A stretch of DNA of 64,000 nt. It comes from Octopus bimaculoides (lineage: Eukaryota). Below are positions 10,455-23,999 of this stretch, piece by piece. The position numbers were made by a program, and so were the translations under genes. A model generated the notes under the pieces. It was given only the letters and a program-made list of their open reading frames with translations. It did no database searches and was not told the DNA's origin. The stretch covers positions 3,761,057-3,825,056 of the forward strand of contig NC_068998.1 in the NCBI RefSeq assembly GCF_001194135.2. Direction: 5' to 3'. How positions within the stretch are numbered: the first letter of the stretch is position 1; each line of letters begins with the position of its first letter.

Positions 10455-11990
10455 GTGATTATTAACTACCATCACCAACGGATACATCACCATCAAAAGC
10501 CATTAACAAACCACCACCACCAATACCACCGTAACAACTACTATGACCACCACTACTTCTGCCAACACATCCGCCATCTTCTTGACATCAATGCCACCAC
10601 CATCCCCACCGGTACCAACATCATCATTGCTACTACCATCACCACCATTTCAACTACCAACACAATCATCATCATCATCACCACTACTACTACTACCAAC
10701 ACCACAACCGTCGAAACGATCACAAACACCATCAGCGTCGCTTCCACTAACACCACCGATGCCAACATCACCACCGCTACCATCGTCACAATAGCAGCCA
10801 GCAATACAATCAGTAACACCACACACCACGACCACCACCAATACCATCGCCAATACCATTATCACCATGACAAACGTCAAATCAATGAAACGGAATTCAC
10901 ATGGTCTTTCGACCTGCTAAAAATAGTAGCCAGTCCAAGCTACTCCATACGGTCTACCGCCAACTGGACACTTTCAGTGACCGGTCTGGTCAATCAGAGT
11001 TGACCTGGGGTTAAACAACAGCAGCAACAACAACATCATCAACTGCATGACAACCATTACAGTCGTCAATATCACCATGGTAACCCTCACAGTCAACAAA
11101 ACTAATAATCAACCGTAATGGCAACACGTCAGCAATACACGCCCCCCCCACCCCACCAACACTCCTGTAATATTCCAATGCCACCAGCATGTCCACTATT
11201 GTAAACCATCATGACCACCATCATCAGGACCACTTCACCAATATCACTGTCCTTATCCAACATCGACACCAACATCACCATCATCGCCACCGCCAGAGCT
11301 ACCACTAGCACCATCACCGCCACCCCCATCAAAGCCACCAGCATGTCCACAACTGTAACACGTTCACCATCACCATCGCCACCACCGCCATTACCACTAT
11401 CATCGCCACCACCACCATCATCATCATCATCATCGTCATAGTCATCATCATCATCATCATCATAATCACCACCACCACTCCTACCATCATCATCATATCC
11501 ACAACTGTAACACGTATACCATCAGCATCGTCACCACCTTTATCACCACCATGATCACCACCACCATTACCATCACCGCAACCACCACCACCACCACCAC
11601 CACCACCACCACCACCACCACCACCACCACCACCACCGCCATCATCACCACCATGTCCACGACTGTATCATAATTTCCATCATCAACGGCACCACGATCA
11701 CCGCGACTTCTATTGCAACACCACCACCCTCATCTTCGTTGTCAAAGCCACTAACAGCATCAACAAACTGGCCCTCACGAATACATACACCGCCTTGATG
11801 ACCACCATCAACTCCGCCACCACGACATTCATGTCCAGTATTGTAACACCTTATACCGTCAGCATCATCCACCCCGCCTCACATGTCCTCTGTTGTAACA
11901 CCCTCAACATCAACGTCATGAACACCCCACCATCACCATGTGCACAGTTGTAACCCACTGATCATCACCATAGCCACTACCATCCTCCCA
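10455..11990. repeat. (CAC/CAT/CAA)n trinucleotide mosaic with a cryptic ~155-bp repeat
   Basis: Low-complexity tract. Mucin-like ORFs occur in several frames with frequent stops. Confidence 0.8.
10890..11030 (+). repeat. Copy of a short dispersed repeat (family D), with fragments in the opposite orientation at about 18470, 19330, 30540, 30900, 37080, 38670 and 50410
   Basis: The motif cgacctgctaaaaatagtagcc...gttgacctggggttaaacaacagc has its reverse complement recurring as gatttggttgctatttctagcagg(t/c)gagcgac and ttaacaccaggtcag. Confidence 0.55.
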
Positions 11991-12869
11991 GGCTCATACG
12001 TATGAACACGTATCTACCTTATATACACTCTACATAAATATACATACATATACATAGACATATGTACATACATACATGTTTATACATACACACATGTTTA
12101 CATAAACACGCATACACGCACACACATACATTCATATAGATTTACATATACACATATATACATATACGTACTGAAACTTTACAAGAAAAAATAAGTGGAA
12201 GAGTATAAATATGCAAGACTTTCTGAAGTGCAGCATCAACACTTATCGTTGAAGTTGTTCAAATTACGACGATGGAGATTTGTTTGTGAGAAAACAACTT
12301 CCTTAGAAGAAGAATTCAAATAATTAAAAATACGTATATTTTATATACAAGCATATATATAAGCAAACATGTATACATTATACATACATTCAGATATACA
12401 CACAATGTTAATTCGTCAAATTGCATCAGATCAAAGAAATGAAACAAAGAATTCGTGGTTCTTACAGAAAGAAAAATGTTAAAAAAAGACGAAAAGCAAG
12501 ATATTACATATACACGTATATATGTATACATACATACATACATACATACATACACATATATATATATATATACATACATACGAATAAAAAGAAATATAAA
12601 AAAATAATCATAATGGATTCTTGATCGCATCATGTGGATTTTTACGGATTACAGTACATATGACATAAATTGATGAACGTGGATTAATTATTGAGTTCGA
12701 TCCCTTGGGGGTAAGTACATTTCATTAGATATTACTGCTACATCTCACTAAGATCTTTGTTAATATCAGATAAAACATTAATCGAAATCTTTGCTAGACA
12801 AGGCCCTAGTCGAGATCTTAGTTAACGTTAGAGCACTAATCAAGTTTTTTTATTTACGTTAGATAAAAC

Positions 12870-13310
12870 ACAGATGTATATTCAAATGTGAGCACCAGCT
12901 TTCTATATGGTTTATTCAGAAGGATAGCTTCCCCCCACCATAACTACTTTGTAGAGGCCCTCAATGACCTGCTGGAGGGAAAAAGAGATCTTGATGTTCT
13001 TTCACCAGAAACTTGATCCAAGTGCTTGCTAAAGAGTCAACTTCGATAAAACTACCCCAGGACCAGGTGGACGTACTAAACTGGGCAGAAATTAAGCTGA
13101 GCCTGCTATATGAGAACACATACAAGACATACAAAAGCCTTTTGTAGTTGCCACTCTCTTGGTTCCACTTCCTCTATAGCTTGGGCAGACCACCAACCAT
13201 GGTGGAAGACATGTTCAAGGAACAATGCTGTGAGCTCGTACCTAAAACTATGATTGCGAAACAAACTTCGTAACCATACAAATGTGCTTATGGCCAAAAT
13301 TTCTAAGCCC
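12870..13310 (+). mobile_element. Possible decayed non-LTR retrotransposon coding fragment
   Basis: GC-richer block translating in part as [57 protein letters not shown]. The resemblance to the pre-zinc-finger region of RLE-type LINEs is weak. Confidence 0.25.
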
Positions 13311-13319
13311 AGTGTATGC

Positions 13320-13434
13320 ACATACACACTTATGTGCACACTTATACACACACGTATAACTATGCACACACTAATACACATACATGTATATATATATATG
13401 TATATATATATATATACATACACATATATACATA

Positions 13435-13478
<44 letters not shown>

Positions 13479-13486
13479 TATGTATG

Positions 13487-13518
<32 letters not shown>

Positions 13519-13616
13519 TACATATATATGTATGTATATATATATATACACATATATACATATATATGTATGTATATATATATATATATATACACATATA
13601 TACATATATATGTATG

Positions 13617-13650
<34 letters not shown>

Positions 13651-13746
13651 TACATATATATGTATGTATATATATATATACATCTATATGTATGTATATA
13701 TATATATATATATACACATATATACGTATGTATATATATATATACA
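13320..13746. repeat. Compound (TA)/(CA)/(TG) microsatellite with repeated tatacacacatatatacatatatatgtatgta units
   Basis: Direct inspection; abuts the gap at 13747-13846. Confidence 0.9.
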
Positions 13747-14572
13747 NNNNNNNNNNNNNNNNNNNNNNNNNNNNNNNNNNNNNNNNNNNNNNNNNNNNNN
13801 NNNNNNNNNNNNNNNNNNNNNNNNNNNNNNNNNNNNNNNNNNNNNNGTGTGTGTGTGTGTGTAATATACACATTTACATGCTCACAGGCAACATGCTGGT
13901 GAATAAAATAGAGCAGCAAAAGATCTATCGGGAAGCTGAAACTCGTGACCTAGTTTCGATTTTCAATTGAAGTCATTTCGTTTCACTATAAAAGACTCAA
14001 TAGGAGTAGCAAAAACCTCTTACATAACTTTCAATAATCATAAGGAACGTATAAAGATGCAAATACGTTCCTTGAAGGATGATAGCTTATACTGAAAATT
14101 ATTGATTTTGTGGTTCCAGAAAACAGAATACACATTCGTATGTAACTCAGTAATTTGATGAAGCAATTCCCCCTTGAACCTTCTTAAATTCATGCAAGGG
14201 GTTTAAATTTAAGCGAGTGGAAAAAGGGCCAATTAATTCATTAAAGATAGCACTGTAGTCGAGATTACTATAGAGCTGTGATATTCCTTGATTCATCAGA
14301 AAGGATTGTTTAATCTCTGTCAAATCACGGAACATAGGCTTAAAAGAGGGAAATATTAGTCGGTGTATTTCTAGATATACTATGCCTTCAAATGTAAAGA
14401 AGTGATGCCCATGTTTAGAGTTCATTTGTTCAAAGGCCTTCAACAAAGAAAATGAAGGAAATATTTGTTAATGCATTCCTAGATATACTGTGCCGCCAAT
14501 AATAAAGACAGAATAGTCACAGAGAACCTTTGCTCATGCGTCTGCCAGGTTTAACACAATATGCTCAATAGG

Positions 14573-14663
14573 CTTGCACCTTGGGCAAGTGTCTTCTACC
14601 ATAGCCTCGGGCCGACCAAAGCCTTGTGACTGGATTTGGTAGACGGAAACTGAAAGAAGCCCG

Positions 14664-14746
<83 letters not shown>
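14573..14746 (+). mobile_element. SINE family B fragment ending in long (TG)n
   Basis: accttgggcaagtgtcttctaccatagcctcgggccgaccaaagccttgtg...gaagcccgtcg(TG)n. Confidence 0.85.
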
Positions 14747-14747
<1 letters not shown>

Positions 14748-15750
14748 TCCTCGAAATTTCCATTTAATAAAAGCAACAAAATAGATCTTTGTATAAAGAC
14801 TCAATTGGATACGTTCGAGATATATCTAGGGTTAATCGTAGGATACCAAAGAAACCGTAGAATGCCAAAAGACTATGGAAAACGAACTCCAAAAGCTGAA
14901 GATATTTAATAGATATATTTCCATATATTAAAATGGGGGTGTTTAACTGTTTGTCAGGAATTTGTTACTTTAATGTATGAACCTTTTGAATTATCGGGAA
15001 ATGAACTTTGAAACGTAGAAATAAGGTTTTCGAAGAGTAATAACAAAAATCCAAATGTTAACGATCTATTAACTGAAAAACCATGGATTCGTACTCTGCT
15101 TTTCTGTTCTGCAATGCAACAATGGTATGGTCCAATTTAGCTCTTTAATTATTTCTAATCATCACGCTAGAATTGACGACGTAAAATTTACCAATATAAG
15201 AAATAAAAGAGCTGTGTAGCCCATGAGTATTTCGTTGATATACTATAGGCCAAGACTAAATCAAATCCTGTCTTAAGGATCAGTTCTGTTTAGATAAGTG
15301 GTTCCAAGACCCTAAACCTATCCTAGGTTTACTACCTAAGCAAAACGGCCTTAAGTGGGGCTTTTGTATTCAAAGGACTTTCGAAACTAAAGGATCCATT
15401 CTATGAATAGGCCCATTGTATTACTGGCTAATCGAGATTATGAGTTGCAAAAGTATGTGATTAAAAATTTTGGATCGTTATATTCTTGAAAATGCGCATT
15501 CAACGATTTACACGGAAGTATTTTGAATACACTTTCTGAATGTGTGTGTGTGTGTGTGTGTGTGTGTNNNNNNNNNNNNNNNNNNNNNNNNNNNNNNNNN
15601 NNNNNNNNNNNNNNNNNNNNNNNNNNNNNNNNNNNNNNNNNNNNNNNNNNNNNNNNNNNNNNNNNNNNNNNNNNNNNNNNNNNNNNNNNNNNNNNNNNNN
15701 NNNNNNNNNNNNNNNNNNNNNNNNNNNNNNNNNNNNNNNNNNNNNNNNNN

Positions 15751-15781
<31 letters not shown>

Positions 15782-16598
15782 AGAAAGAGAGAGCGCTTGG
15801 TATTGCTGTTAAGATCGTTAAACAGTTTTGCCCTTATAAATGCTTGATCAAAATAACTAAAACAAAAAAAAAAGAAAAACACCTACACATAAAAAAGCAA
15901 ACATATGTAAATGAAACAAGCTTACCTTACAAAACAAAGACGTCATAAATACATAGATCATAGGTTATCTTTGACTCCAATCGTAAATTGGAAGTGTTGT
16001 CCAACTGTTATAATTCTTCTGTCTCCGTCATTTCAATTGTTTTTTGTTTGTGTGTGTTTGTTAAAATATCACTTCCTTATCAAACCTTATTCTTTGCTAT
16101 TCGTTCTAATTGGTCAATTGTTCATTGTGTCCATCTGTCATTGTCAAAACGAGCTAATATGGTAATCACGAAGAAAGTACAGTTTCGCTCCTCTCGGTCA
16201 GTTCAAATCCGATGGCCGGACAAACTGAAAATGAAATTGGGATGTAAAGTGGCTGGGTTTTAATGTTATATAGGCGAGCTCTACCACCACTGGTCATAGA
16301 AAATTAGATCACGTGCTACTTTTAAAGAAACAAAAAAAAAGATAGACCTACAAAAAAAAAGCACAAAACAACATAGGTGGGAAAATGGAGGAAAGTGGGT
16401 GTAAGAAAGAAAGAGAGAGAAGCAAAAAATATGGAGAAAGAGAGATACTGAGAGAGAGAGAGAGAGTGAAAGAGAAAGTGATAAAGAACAAGTAAAAGAA
16501 GAAAGCTTGCCGGCCAATAGAAGTGTCGTCGAGGATAGGGGGGAGTAGAATACCCAGAATGCCTAGCGAAGGTCTGCCTATGTTGACTATGTCGTTAC

Positions 16599-16694
16599 CC
16601 CCAAAGTGCTTTGTTTTTGACGGCCCAGTTCTTCATCCCCTTTGCTCTTTGTACCAAGTTGGACTTGGCAAGCTTGAAATGATTGTTAGTCATA
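16599..16694 (-). CDS. Candidate coding exon (96 bp, phase 2-2): MTNNHFKLAKSNLVQRAKGMKNWAVKNKALW(G)
   Basis: Strong acceptor tttgacgttctcttcag| and donor TGGGG|gtaacg. The frame is open only inside the exon, since the next genomic codon would be TAA. It is a GC-richer island in AT-rich flanks. Confidence 0.55.
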
Positions 16695-17952
16695 CTGAAG
16701 AGAACGTCAAACGGATTTTAAACATTAGGCCAGGTAGGAACTATTTATTTATTTATTTATTTACACCTTTGACTATTTTTTTGTTTTTTCTTGGTGTTAA
16801 TTTATTGGTTATACATACGCGTATATGATATATAATGATTTATTTTTGCTTAATGCAACTACTTTCATATCGTTTAACTAAAGTTTTTTATTTTTATTTG
16901 GTCGAACAAAAAATATTGTTTCAGTAAATTTTATTTCCTGTTACGAACTATTTTTGATAAAAACGAAAAAAAAAAAAAAACCCACCCTTAAACGATCTTG
17001 TATTTATTTATTTCGTTTTAAATAGCTTTAGATACTATTTGTAAAAGTTACTAATTTTTTTGTCCGACATTTTCCACTATTTTTACCAACGAAGACTTAC
17101 ATATTTTTAATTTTTACGCCAAGCTTTAAAAAATCCAAACGTATTTCAAAGAAATTCTCTCTACTCTTTGGATCGTTTTTCTGTTCCTTTTTACCTTGTT
17201 GTTACTATTGTCGTTGTATCGCCCCACTCAGTCATATTTGTATATTTATATTTTTTTAAATATCTTACTTTTTTTTTTTTTTATTCTTCTCTTTCTTTCC
17301 TCTCGATAACCTTTCCCTACCGACACACTCCGTGGCCAGTTTTCATATGGCATGTCTATTTATTCAGTGTATTTCTTTTCTCGTTACAATTTCCTGAGAA
17401 TTTTTGCCTAAAAATTCTCTCTTCGTTTAGCATAGTATCGGTTTTCTCATTTCAATTTTTTCCTGACTTTATAAATATTTTTTATAATTTCTTTTTCGGT
17501 GATTTTTTTTTTCTTATATTAATTCTTTTCTATCTCTTGGTGAATTATCTTAATCCTATTTTCGAGATTTCTGTCTTTGTTTCTTTTCATCATTTACACT
17601 TTTATTGGGTCCTCGGGTTCTTTTTTTTTTTTTTTTTTTTTTTTNNNNNNNNNNNNNNNNNNNNNNNNNNNNNNNNNNNNNNNNNNNNNNNNNNNNNNNN
17701 NNNNNNNNNNNNNNNNNNNNNNNNNNNNNNNNNNNNNNNNNNNNNNNNNNNNNNNNNNNNNNNNNNNNNNNNNNNNNNNNNNNNNNNNNNNNNNNNNNNN
17801 NNNNNNNNNNNNNNNNNNNNNNNNNNNNNNNNNNNNNNNNNNNNNNNNNNNNNNNNNNNNNNNNNNNNNNNNNNNNNNNNNNNNNNNNNNNNNNNNNNNN
17901 NNNNNNNNNNNNNNNNNNNNNNNNNNNNNNNNNNNNNNNNNNNNNNNNNNNN

Positions 17953-18006
<54 letters not shown>

Positions 18007-19699
18007 CTCAAATATGCATTAATATTATTTTAATTTTAAAATCTGTTGCGTGAATTTCTCCAGAATAAACAACACTAAAATTATTTATGATAAAAACAAA
18101 ATATTTTTTTAAAAGTTATATATCCTATAAAGCAATTTCCATCAATGAAATCATTTCCACTATATAGTCTCATCCCTACAGGTTCCGTAGTTGAATTTCG
18201 TCGGGTCTCTGTTGGTCTTCTGTTAGACCACAATCCGTATAAAAAAGTACTAACATATGTCATTGGTGCTTATATAAAAACCAACCAATAATATACCGTT
18301 TTTACACAAAAATTAGCTTTAGACCGTGGCAAAAGTCATTAGCTTAGCTCGAGGCCAGTCCTGGTCGCGCAAAATAATTTCGAAAGTTGTTCCAACCTTG
18401 AATTTTCTCAAACTTTGTATATCTTGGACTACATTGTCCAATATGCTTTTCCATTTAAACGAAATTTGACTGATGTTTCTAGCAGGTTGAACGACCGTAT
18501 AGAGGCTTTCCCTCCATGACTTGCAATAAAGTGTTAATACTGTGATTTTGTGGTTTTGTTTTTTAAGCTGACCGGCTCCTAGGAATCGGTCCGAATGTTT
18601 TATGGTCTTTTGTGTCTTTCTCCTTCCCGAAGTCCAGAATTTTTTTTTTTACGAATTCGTATTTAGCTTTCATTTTTCAAAGAAATCTAACAATTTACAT
18701 TAGTTCGATTCCTGATGTGGGACGAAGTCCGTTTTAAATTAATTTATTTAATCGCCTTGTACTAATAAGTACTAGTTTAAAATTTCAAGAATAAAATTGA
18801 AAATAAAATACGTTTTAATATCGAAGATCATTTAAATTCATAATTTCACATTTGAAATTATAAATTATAGTTATAATATTAATTGCGATATTGTTTTATT
18901 GTATGGTTAAATAATTCTGTTTTTATAACACGATATATGAGTGAGTGAAAGTGTGAGTGTTGAAGAAATGAACGAAACAGTAAAGAGTGGAATTAAGTAC
19001 TTTAAGGTCGCTTTTGGCTATAACATTTTAAATCGCATAAAGTGCAATTTTTGCCCTTTTTAACCCCCTGCTACCTTTTTTAATCCCCTTTCAAAGATAG
19101 ATACTAGTTATCGCTTTAACTAACTTTTGATCATTCGGCTATGACCATTTTGGTATCGGTTGAAAAAAAAACTATCCAAACTACAGTGTAGAATTTGACC
19201 TAGTGTCTAGAAATCTTCTTTAAAAATTCAATGTATTTACTCGTTGTTGTTTAACCCCTGGTTAGTCCCGACTGTACAGGCAGGCTTATGTATGCTCTTA
19301 GGCATTATAAATAACATAGTAGGGTGTGATTTGAGGCAGATTTGGTTGCTATTTATAACGGGGTCGAGCGACTGCTTCGAGAAGCTCCGTGAGTGTTTAG
19401 TTTGGTTCTAGGATACACATGAGACAATACAGCGTTGGACTAATTACTCTACCACGGTTTTTTTTTTTTATCAAATGTTTTAGTTTCAAATCCTATCTAG
19501 AACATGTTTTATATATCATTATTTTTTTCTCTTGTAAGCATTTGTGGAACTTCGTTGAAATAAGTAATAATGAAACGTTTTTGTAGATTGTATTTCTTCT
19601 GGACTTCCTCTCCCACTGCAAAATTTGGCCTTTTGCCGAGTCACAAGAAATCAATAATTCCTGTGCTTAGTATGCTGTTAGTGCTTAGTGGCCTAATTG

Positions 19700-22300
19700 T
19701 ATTGTATCTTTGTGCTTATTGTTTCTTCTTTTCGTGTTCTAATTAAGTTTTACTATTTTAATTGTTTTATTAAATTAAATTTGTGTTTAATGTTTTCATC
19801 ATTGTGTTTTTATTTATCTCAAACATTTAACCGCGTCTACCGTTTACATAGCGTTCTGATTGAATTTAATAAATCTTTGGCTATCGTTGTTCTGATTCGG
19901 TTTTAGTGCTCTGGTTGTGCTTAGTGTTTTCCCTGCGTGTGCCTATTGACTGCTTAAATCTTGGCATAGAGTCGGTCCTCTTAAATTGTACTTAAATTTC
20001 TGTGGTTGTTTTCTATTTGCGTGTTTATTGCTCCTTGTATTTTAAGTGATCTGATTGAATTCTGTTATCTTATCGAAACTTAACCATATTTAGTATTGTC
20101 ATGAATTCTAACCACTTAAACCTCTATGTACTCTCCTTTAGTTGCACTTAAATCTCAGTATTTAGTGCTAAGGTTACCTTACGTATTTGCGTATATTGAT
20201 TCTTTTTTTTTTCTTAATGTTCTTTACGATTTTGTTTCCACGATTTAAGTGTGTAGTACTCAAACGTGTACACACTGCTTAAATCTTTGACTATCGTTGT
20301 TCTGAATGCATTTTAGTGCTGTAGTTGCAGTTTAGTGTTCTCACTGCGTGTGCCGACTGACTGCTTAAACCTCTGCGTATAGTCAGTCCACTTCAGTTGC
20401 ACTTAAATGTCTGTAGTTGTATTGTATCTTCGTGTTTATTGCTCCTTGTGTTTTACTGTTCTAACTGGGTTTGACTTTTTTCGTTTTCGGGACTTAAGTA
20501 CTCTTAATATTTTAATTGCGTTATGTTTGTACTTAAATCTTTGCACATAGTCCTCTATTTGTACTTGAATTTTTACACATGGTCCTCTGTACTGAAACTT
20601 TTACATATTAGTCCTCTGTTTGTTGTTAGTGTCTGAGGTTCTAATTGCATCTGTGTTCATCCCCCTCTACTTCTCTGTTCCAATTTGTGTTTTACCATTT
20701 AGGTAAACCACAATTGCCGTGACTGTATTTAATATTCTGATGTCCAACTCTGCTTAAATTTCTATACATCGTCCTTTGTGCTTGAATTTCCGCGTTTAAT
20801 GCTTCGGATGTGACGTATTTTTCTGTGTTTTATTGCATTGTATTTTAGTATTGTAGTTTTTTGTTTTTTATCGATTTTGTTTCCTGAACTTTACCGTATT
20901 GGTGCTGCAGTTGCGTTCTGACTACTTAAATTTCCATATAGGGCCTTTCAAATATACTGAAACCTCTGCATTTAGTGTTGTAGGTTGTCTTATGTATTTG
21001 TATTTTACTATTCTAGAAGTGTTTTGCCATTTCTGCTTTCGGGACTTAACTGTGTTTAGTATCCCAATGTGTACTGACTGTGTGTAAATCTCTGGCTATC
21101 GTTGCTCTGATCGTGTTAGTGCTCTAGTTGTGCTTAGTGTTCCCCCTGCGTGTGCCTGCTGACTGCTTGAATCTCTGCGTATAGTCGGTCCACTTAAATT
21201 GTACTTAAAAGTCTGTAGTTGTTTTCTATCTTTGTGTTTATTCCTATTTGTATTTTAGCAATCTAATTGTTTCATCGTTTTGATTTGCAGGACTTGACTG
21301 TGTTTAATAGACTAATTTCGCTACGATTGTATTTGGATCTTTGCATATAGCTTTCTGATGGTACTAAAATTTCCGTGTGCAGAACTCTGATTGTATTTAA
21401 ATCTGCCTTTAATGTTCTGATTGTTTGCTATATTTGTATTCTAGTGTCATAATTTTTTTTAACCGTTTTTGTTTTCAGGACTTAACTATGCTTCATATTC
21501 GAATGCGTTCTAACCCTAAATCTCTGTTTACTGCTTTTCGATTGTACTTAAATCTCTGCGTTTAGTGTTCGGGTTGGCATATGTATTCGTGTTTATTGTT
21601 CGGTATTTAACGATTTTATTTCCACGACTTAACCGTGTGTAATACTCTAATGCGTACACACTGCTTAAACCTTTGACTATCGTTGTTCTGAATGTATTTT
21701 AGTGCTGTAGTTGTGCTTAGTGTTCTCACTGCGTGTGTCGACTGACTGCTTAAATCTCTGCGTATAGTCAGTCCACTTCAATTATGCTTAAATGTCTCTA
21801 GCTGTATTGTATCTTTGTGTTTATTGCTCCTTGTGTTTAAGTCTTCTGTCTTTTACTATTTTTGTCCACGCGACTTTACTATGTGTTCTGGCTGTGTGTA
21901 AATCTATGCATATCGTTCTCTGGTTGTGCTCAAATCTTTAGTCTTTAAAGTTCGGGTTATTTTCTATCTTCACACTTATTCCTCTTTGTATTAGGGTTCT
22001 AGTTTTGAGTTTTATTATTGTGTTTTCAGCACTTAACTGTGTTGGTATTCTAATTACGTTACGATTGTACTTATATCTCTATATATCGTTTTCTGGTTGA
22101 GCTTAATTTTTTGTGTTTAGTTTTAGGGTTCTGTAATATCCTGTTTACTGCTCTGCGTTTTATAATTTTATGATTTAATTTTCAAAACTTCGGTTTAATT
22201 TTCCGTTCGTACTTAAATATTTGCGTCAATTTCTAATTGTTTTTAAACATTTGTGTTTAAATGTCCTGATAGTTTTAATGCTAAAGCTGTGTTTGTAATT
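19700..22300. repeat. Complex T-rich satellite with A-B-A-B higher-order structure
   Basis: A block of about 180 bp beginning aaatctttg(g/a)ctatcgttgttctg starts at about 19871, 20281, 21086 and 21667. Many shorter ttgtacttaaatct subunits lie between them. Confidence 0.75.
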
Positions 22301-22662
22301 CTAAATTTAAGAATCCGTGTTCAATGGTCTGACAGTGCTGGAGTCACCGGGTTACATCTTTTTGTGTTTATGTGCCCCGGTGGCATTTGGTGTGTTGTTT
22401 GTACCCGTGTTTGATGATTGCCTTACAAACGAAGGTACAGAGACAAAAATGATTTCTCGTGGAGAGACAAAAATAACCCACAACGTTAAGTGGAATTATC
22501 TTGAAAGACTGTCGGGACAAACAACAAATATGTTGAGAAATATTTGTAATTTCAACGGTTTAGTTTCATATTTAATACATCTGGTTACGTGTATTTATAC
22601 GACTATATTTATAAATACATAAACATAAATATGCAAATGTACTGCACACATATATACATACA

Positions 22663-22767
<105 letters not shown>

Positions 22768-23244
22768 TAGACGATTAGCCTGTGTAAATACAGATATGTG
22801 TACATGCACATACGAATGCAGTATAATACTTTAAAAATTGCAGACCTGGTGTATGTTAGTGAAGGGACCAATGGTGGGATACGAACCTTGGATTCTACAT
22901 CTTCATGAAGTGCTGCTATCTTGAGAGATAATCAGTTATCGAATGCCGAGTTCGATCCCACTCTTGGAACAGACATTTAACTCTGGATTATTCAATACAG
23001 ATTTCGATGTTTACTCTGAAGTTAGCCTCGAAATAACACACATGTTCATAGATATCCACCTTTCCCCATCACTTGAACTCTAAACCAGCTTCATTCTGCC
23101 TGTTTTATGCTGTAACCGGCCAGATCTAGCTTTTCACACACACCCTACAATGTCATTCTAAAGATAAATATTCACATTATTAAAATCTTGAAGGTGTGAG
23201 ATCACGGACGCTTAATTCAAAATAATTGTGAATAAATAAGCACT

Positions 23245-23515
23245 AATGAGGTCAAAAGTATTAGGATTAGTGCTATAAAAAAGAAACCCATAAGACTTAC
23301 CAATTCAGCATTTAATCTCTTTCGAATTAGTCCCCTTCTCAAGCGACACACTTTATCCAGCATCGTTTCCATTCGTGGAAGCATTCCTGGAACTCTCTTT
23401 CTGGGATAGCGAACAGCTGCCTCGTCGCATTCTCTTAGATTTCTTCGGCGACATTGAAATCTTGTTCCTTTCAAGTGGGATTTGATTTTTGGAAAGATTC
23501 CTGGCCATAAAGAAC
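23245..23515 (-). mobile_element. mariner transposase C-terminus with right TIR remnant
   Basis: Translation FPKIKSHLKGTRFQ/..EEI*ENATRQLFAIPEREFQECFHEWKRCWIKCVA*EGD*FE matches the mariner C-terminus (F..W..RW.KCV...GDYFE). A TIR-like gaggtcaaaagtattagga lies at about 23248-23266. Confidence 0.8.
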
Positions 23516-23999
23516 CTTCAAGTCGTGTTTCTTCACACACACACACACACACACTGTCTCTATGATGGTCACTGATGGAGTCTCTGTCGTGTGGTGAGAC
23601 GACCACACTCTACACGCTTTATTTCCATGCACTGCTATAAATAACGGCGGTGTGCGAGAACGTTACAACGTAATAGGCTTGCATGACAGAGTTCAAGGTC
23701 AGTCTGTGATAAGCGGCTTCGCTCTACATACTTTAGCTCCGTTACCATAACAACAGTGTCGATACTTTTTATCAAACATCGTACATTTAGCAGAGAAATC
23801 TCGATACTAAACAGTTAAGAAGTGTTGACAGATTTGGCAGTTATTTCTATCAGGTTTAACTATCGTGTAGCGTCACCATCGCTGGCTCATTATTCTGGTA
23901 TAAAGCTTTCGTCCTTTCAGGGTCGATAAATTAAGTACCAGTGAAACACTGGGGTTGATGTAATTGACTTTTCCCCACCCCCAAAATTGTTGCCCTTCT

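Noticed and set aside
10455-11441. Mucin-like Thr/His/Pro-rich ORFs
   Set aside because: They are trinucleotide-repeat translations open in several frames on both strands, with no splice support and frames that shift between repeats.
13106-13970. Long ORFs such as [14 protein letters not shown] here and at 15.5, 17.5, 22.6, 25-26.6, 44-45, 54.2 and 60.6 kb
   Set aside because: They are produced by dinucleotide repeats and N-gaps (X runs), not coding sequence.
16523-16828. Supplied plus-strand 101-aa ORF (MSSRIGG...) with a donor-like CAG|gtagga
   Set aside because: It is better explained as the antisense shadow of the 96-bp minus-strand exon, which has stronger splice sites.
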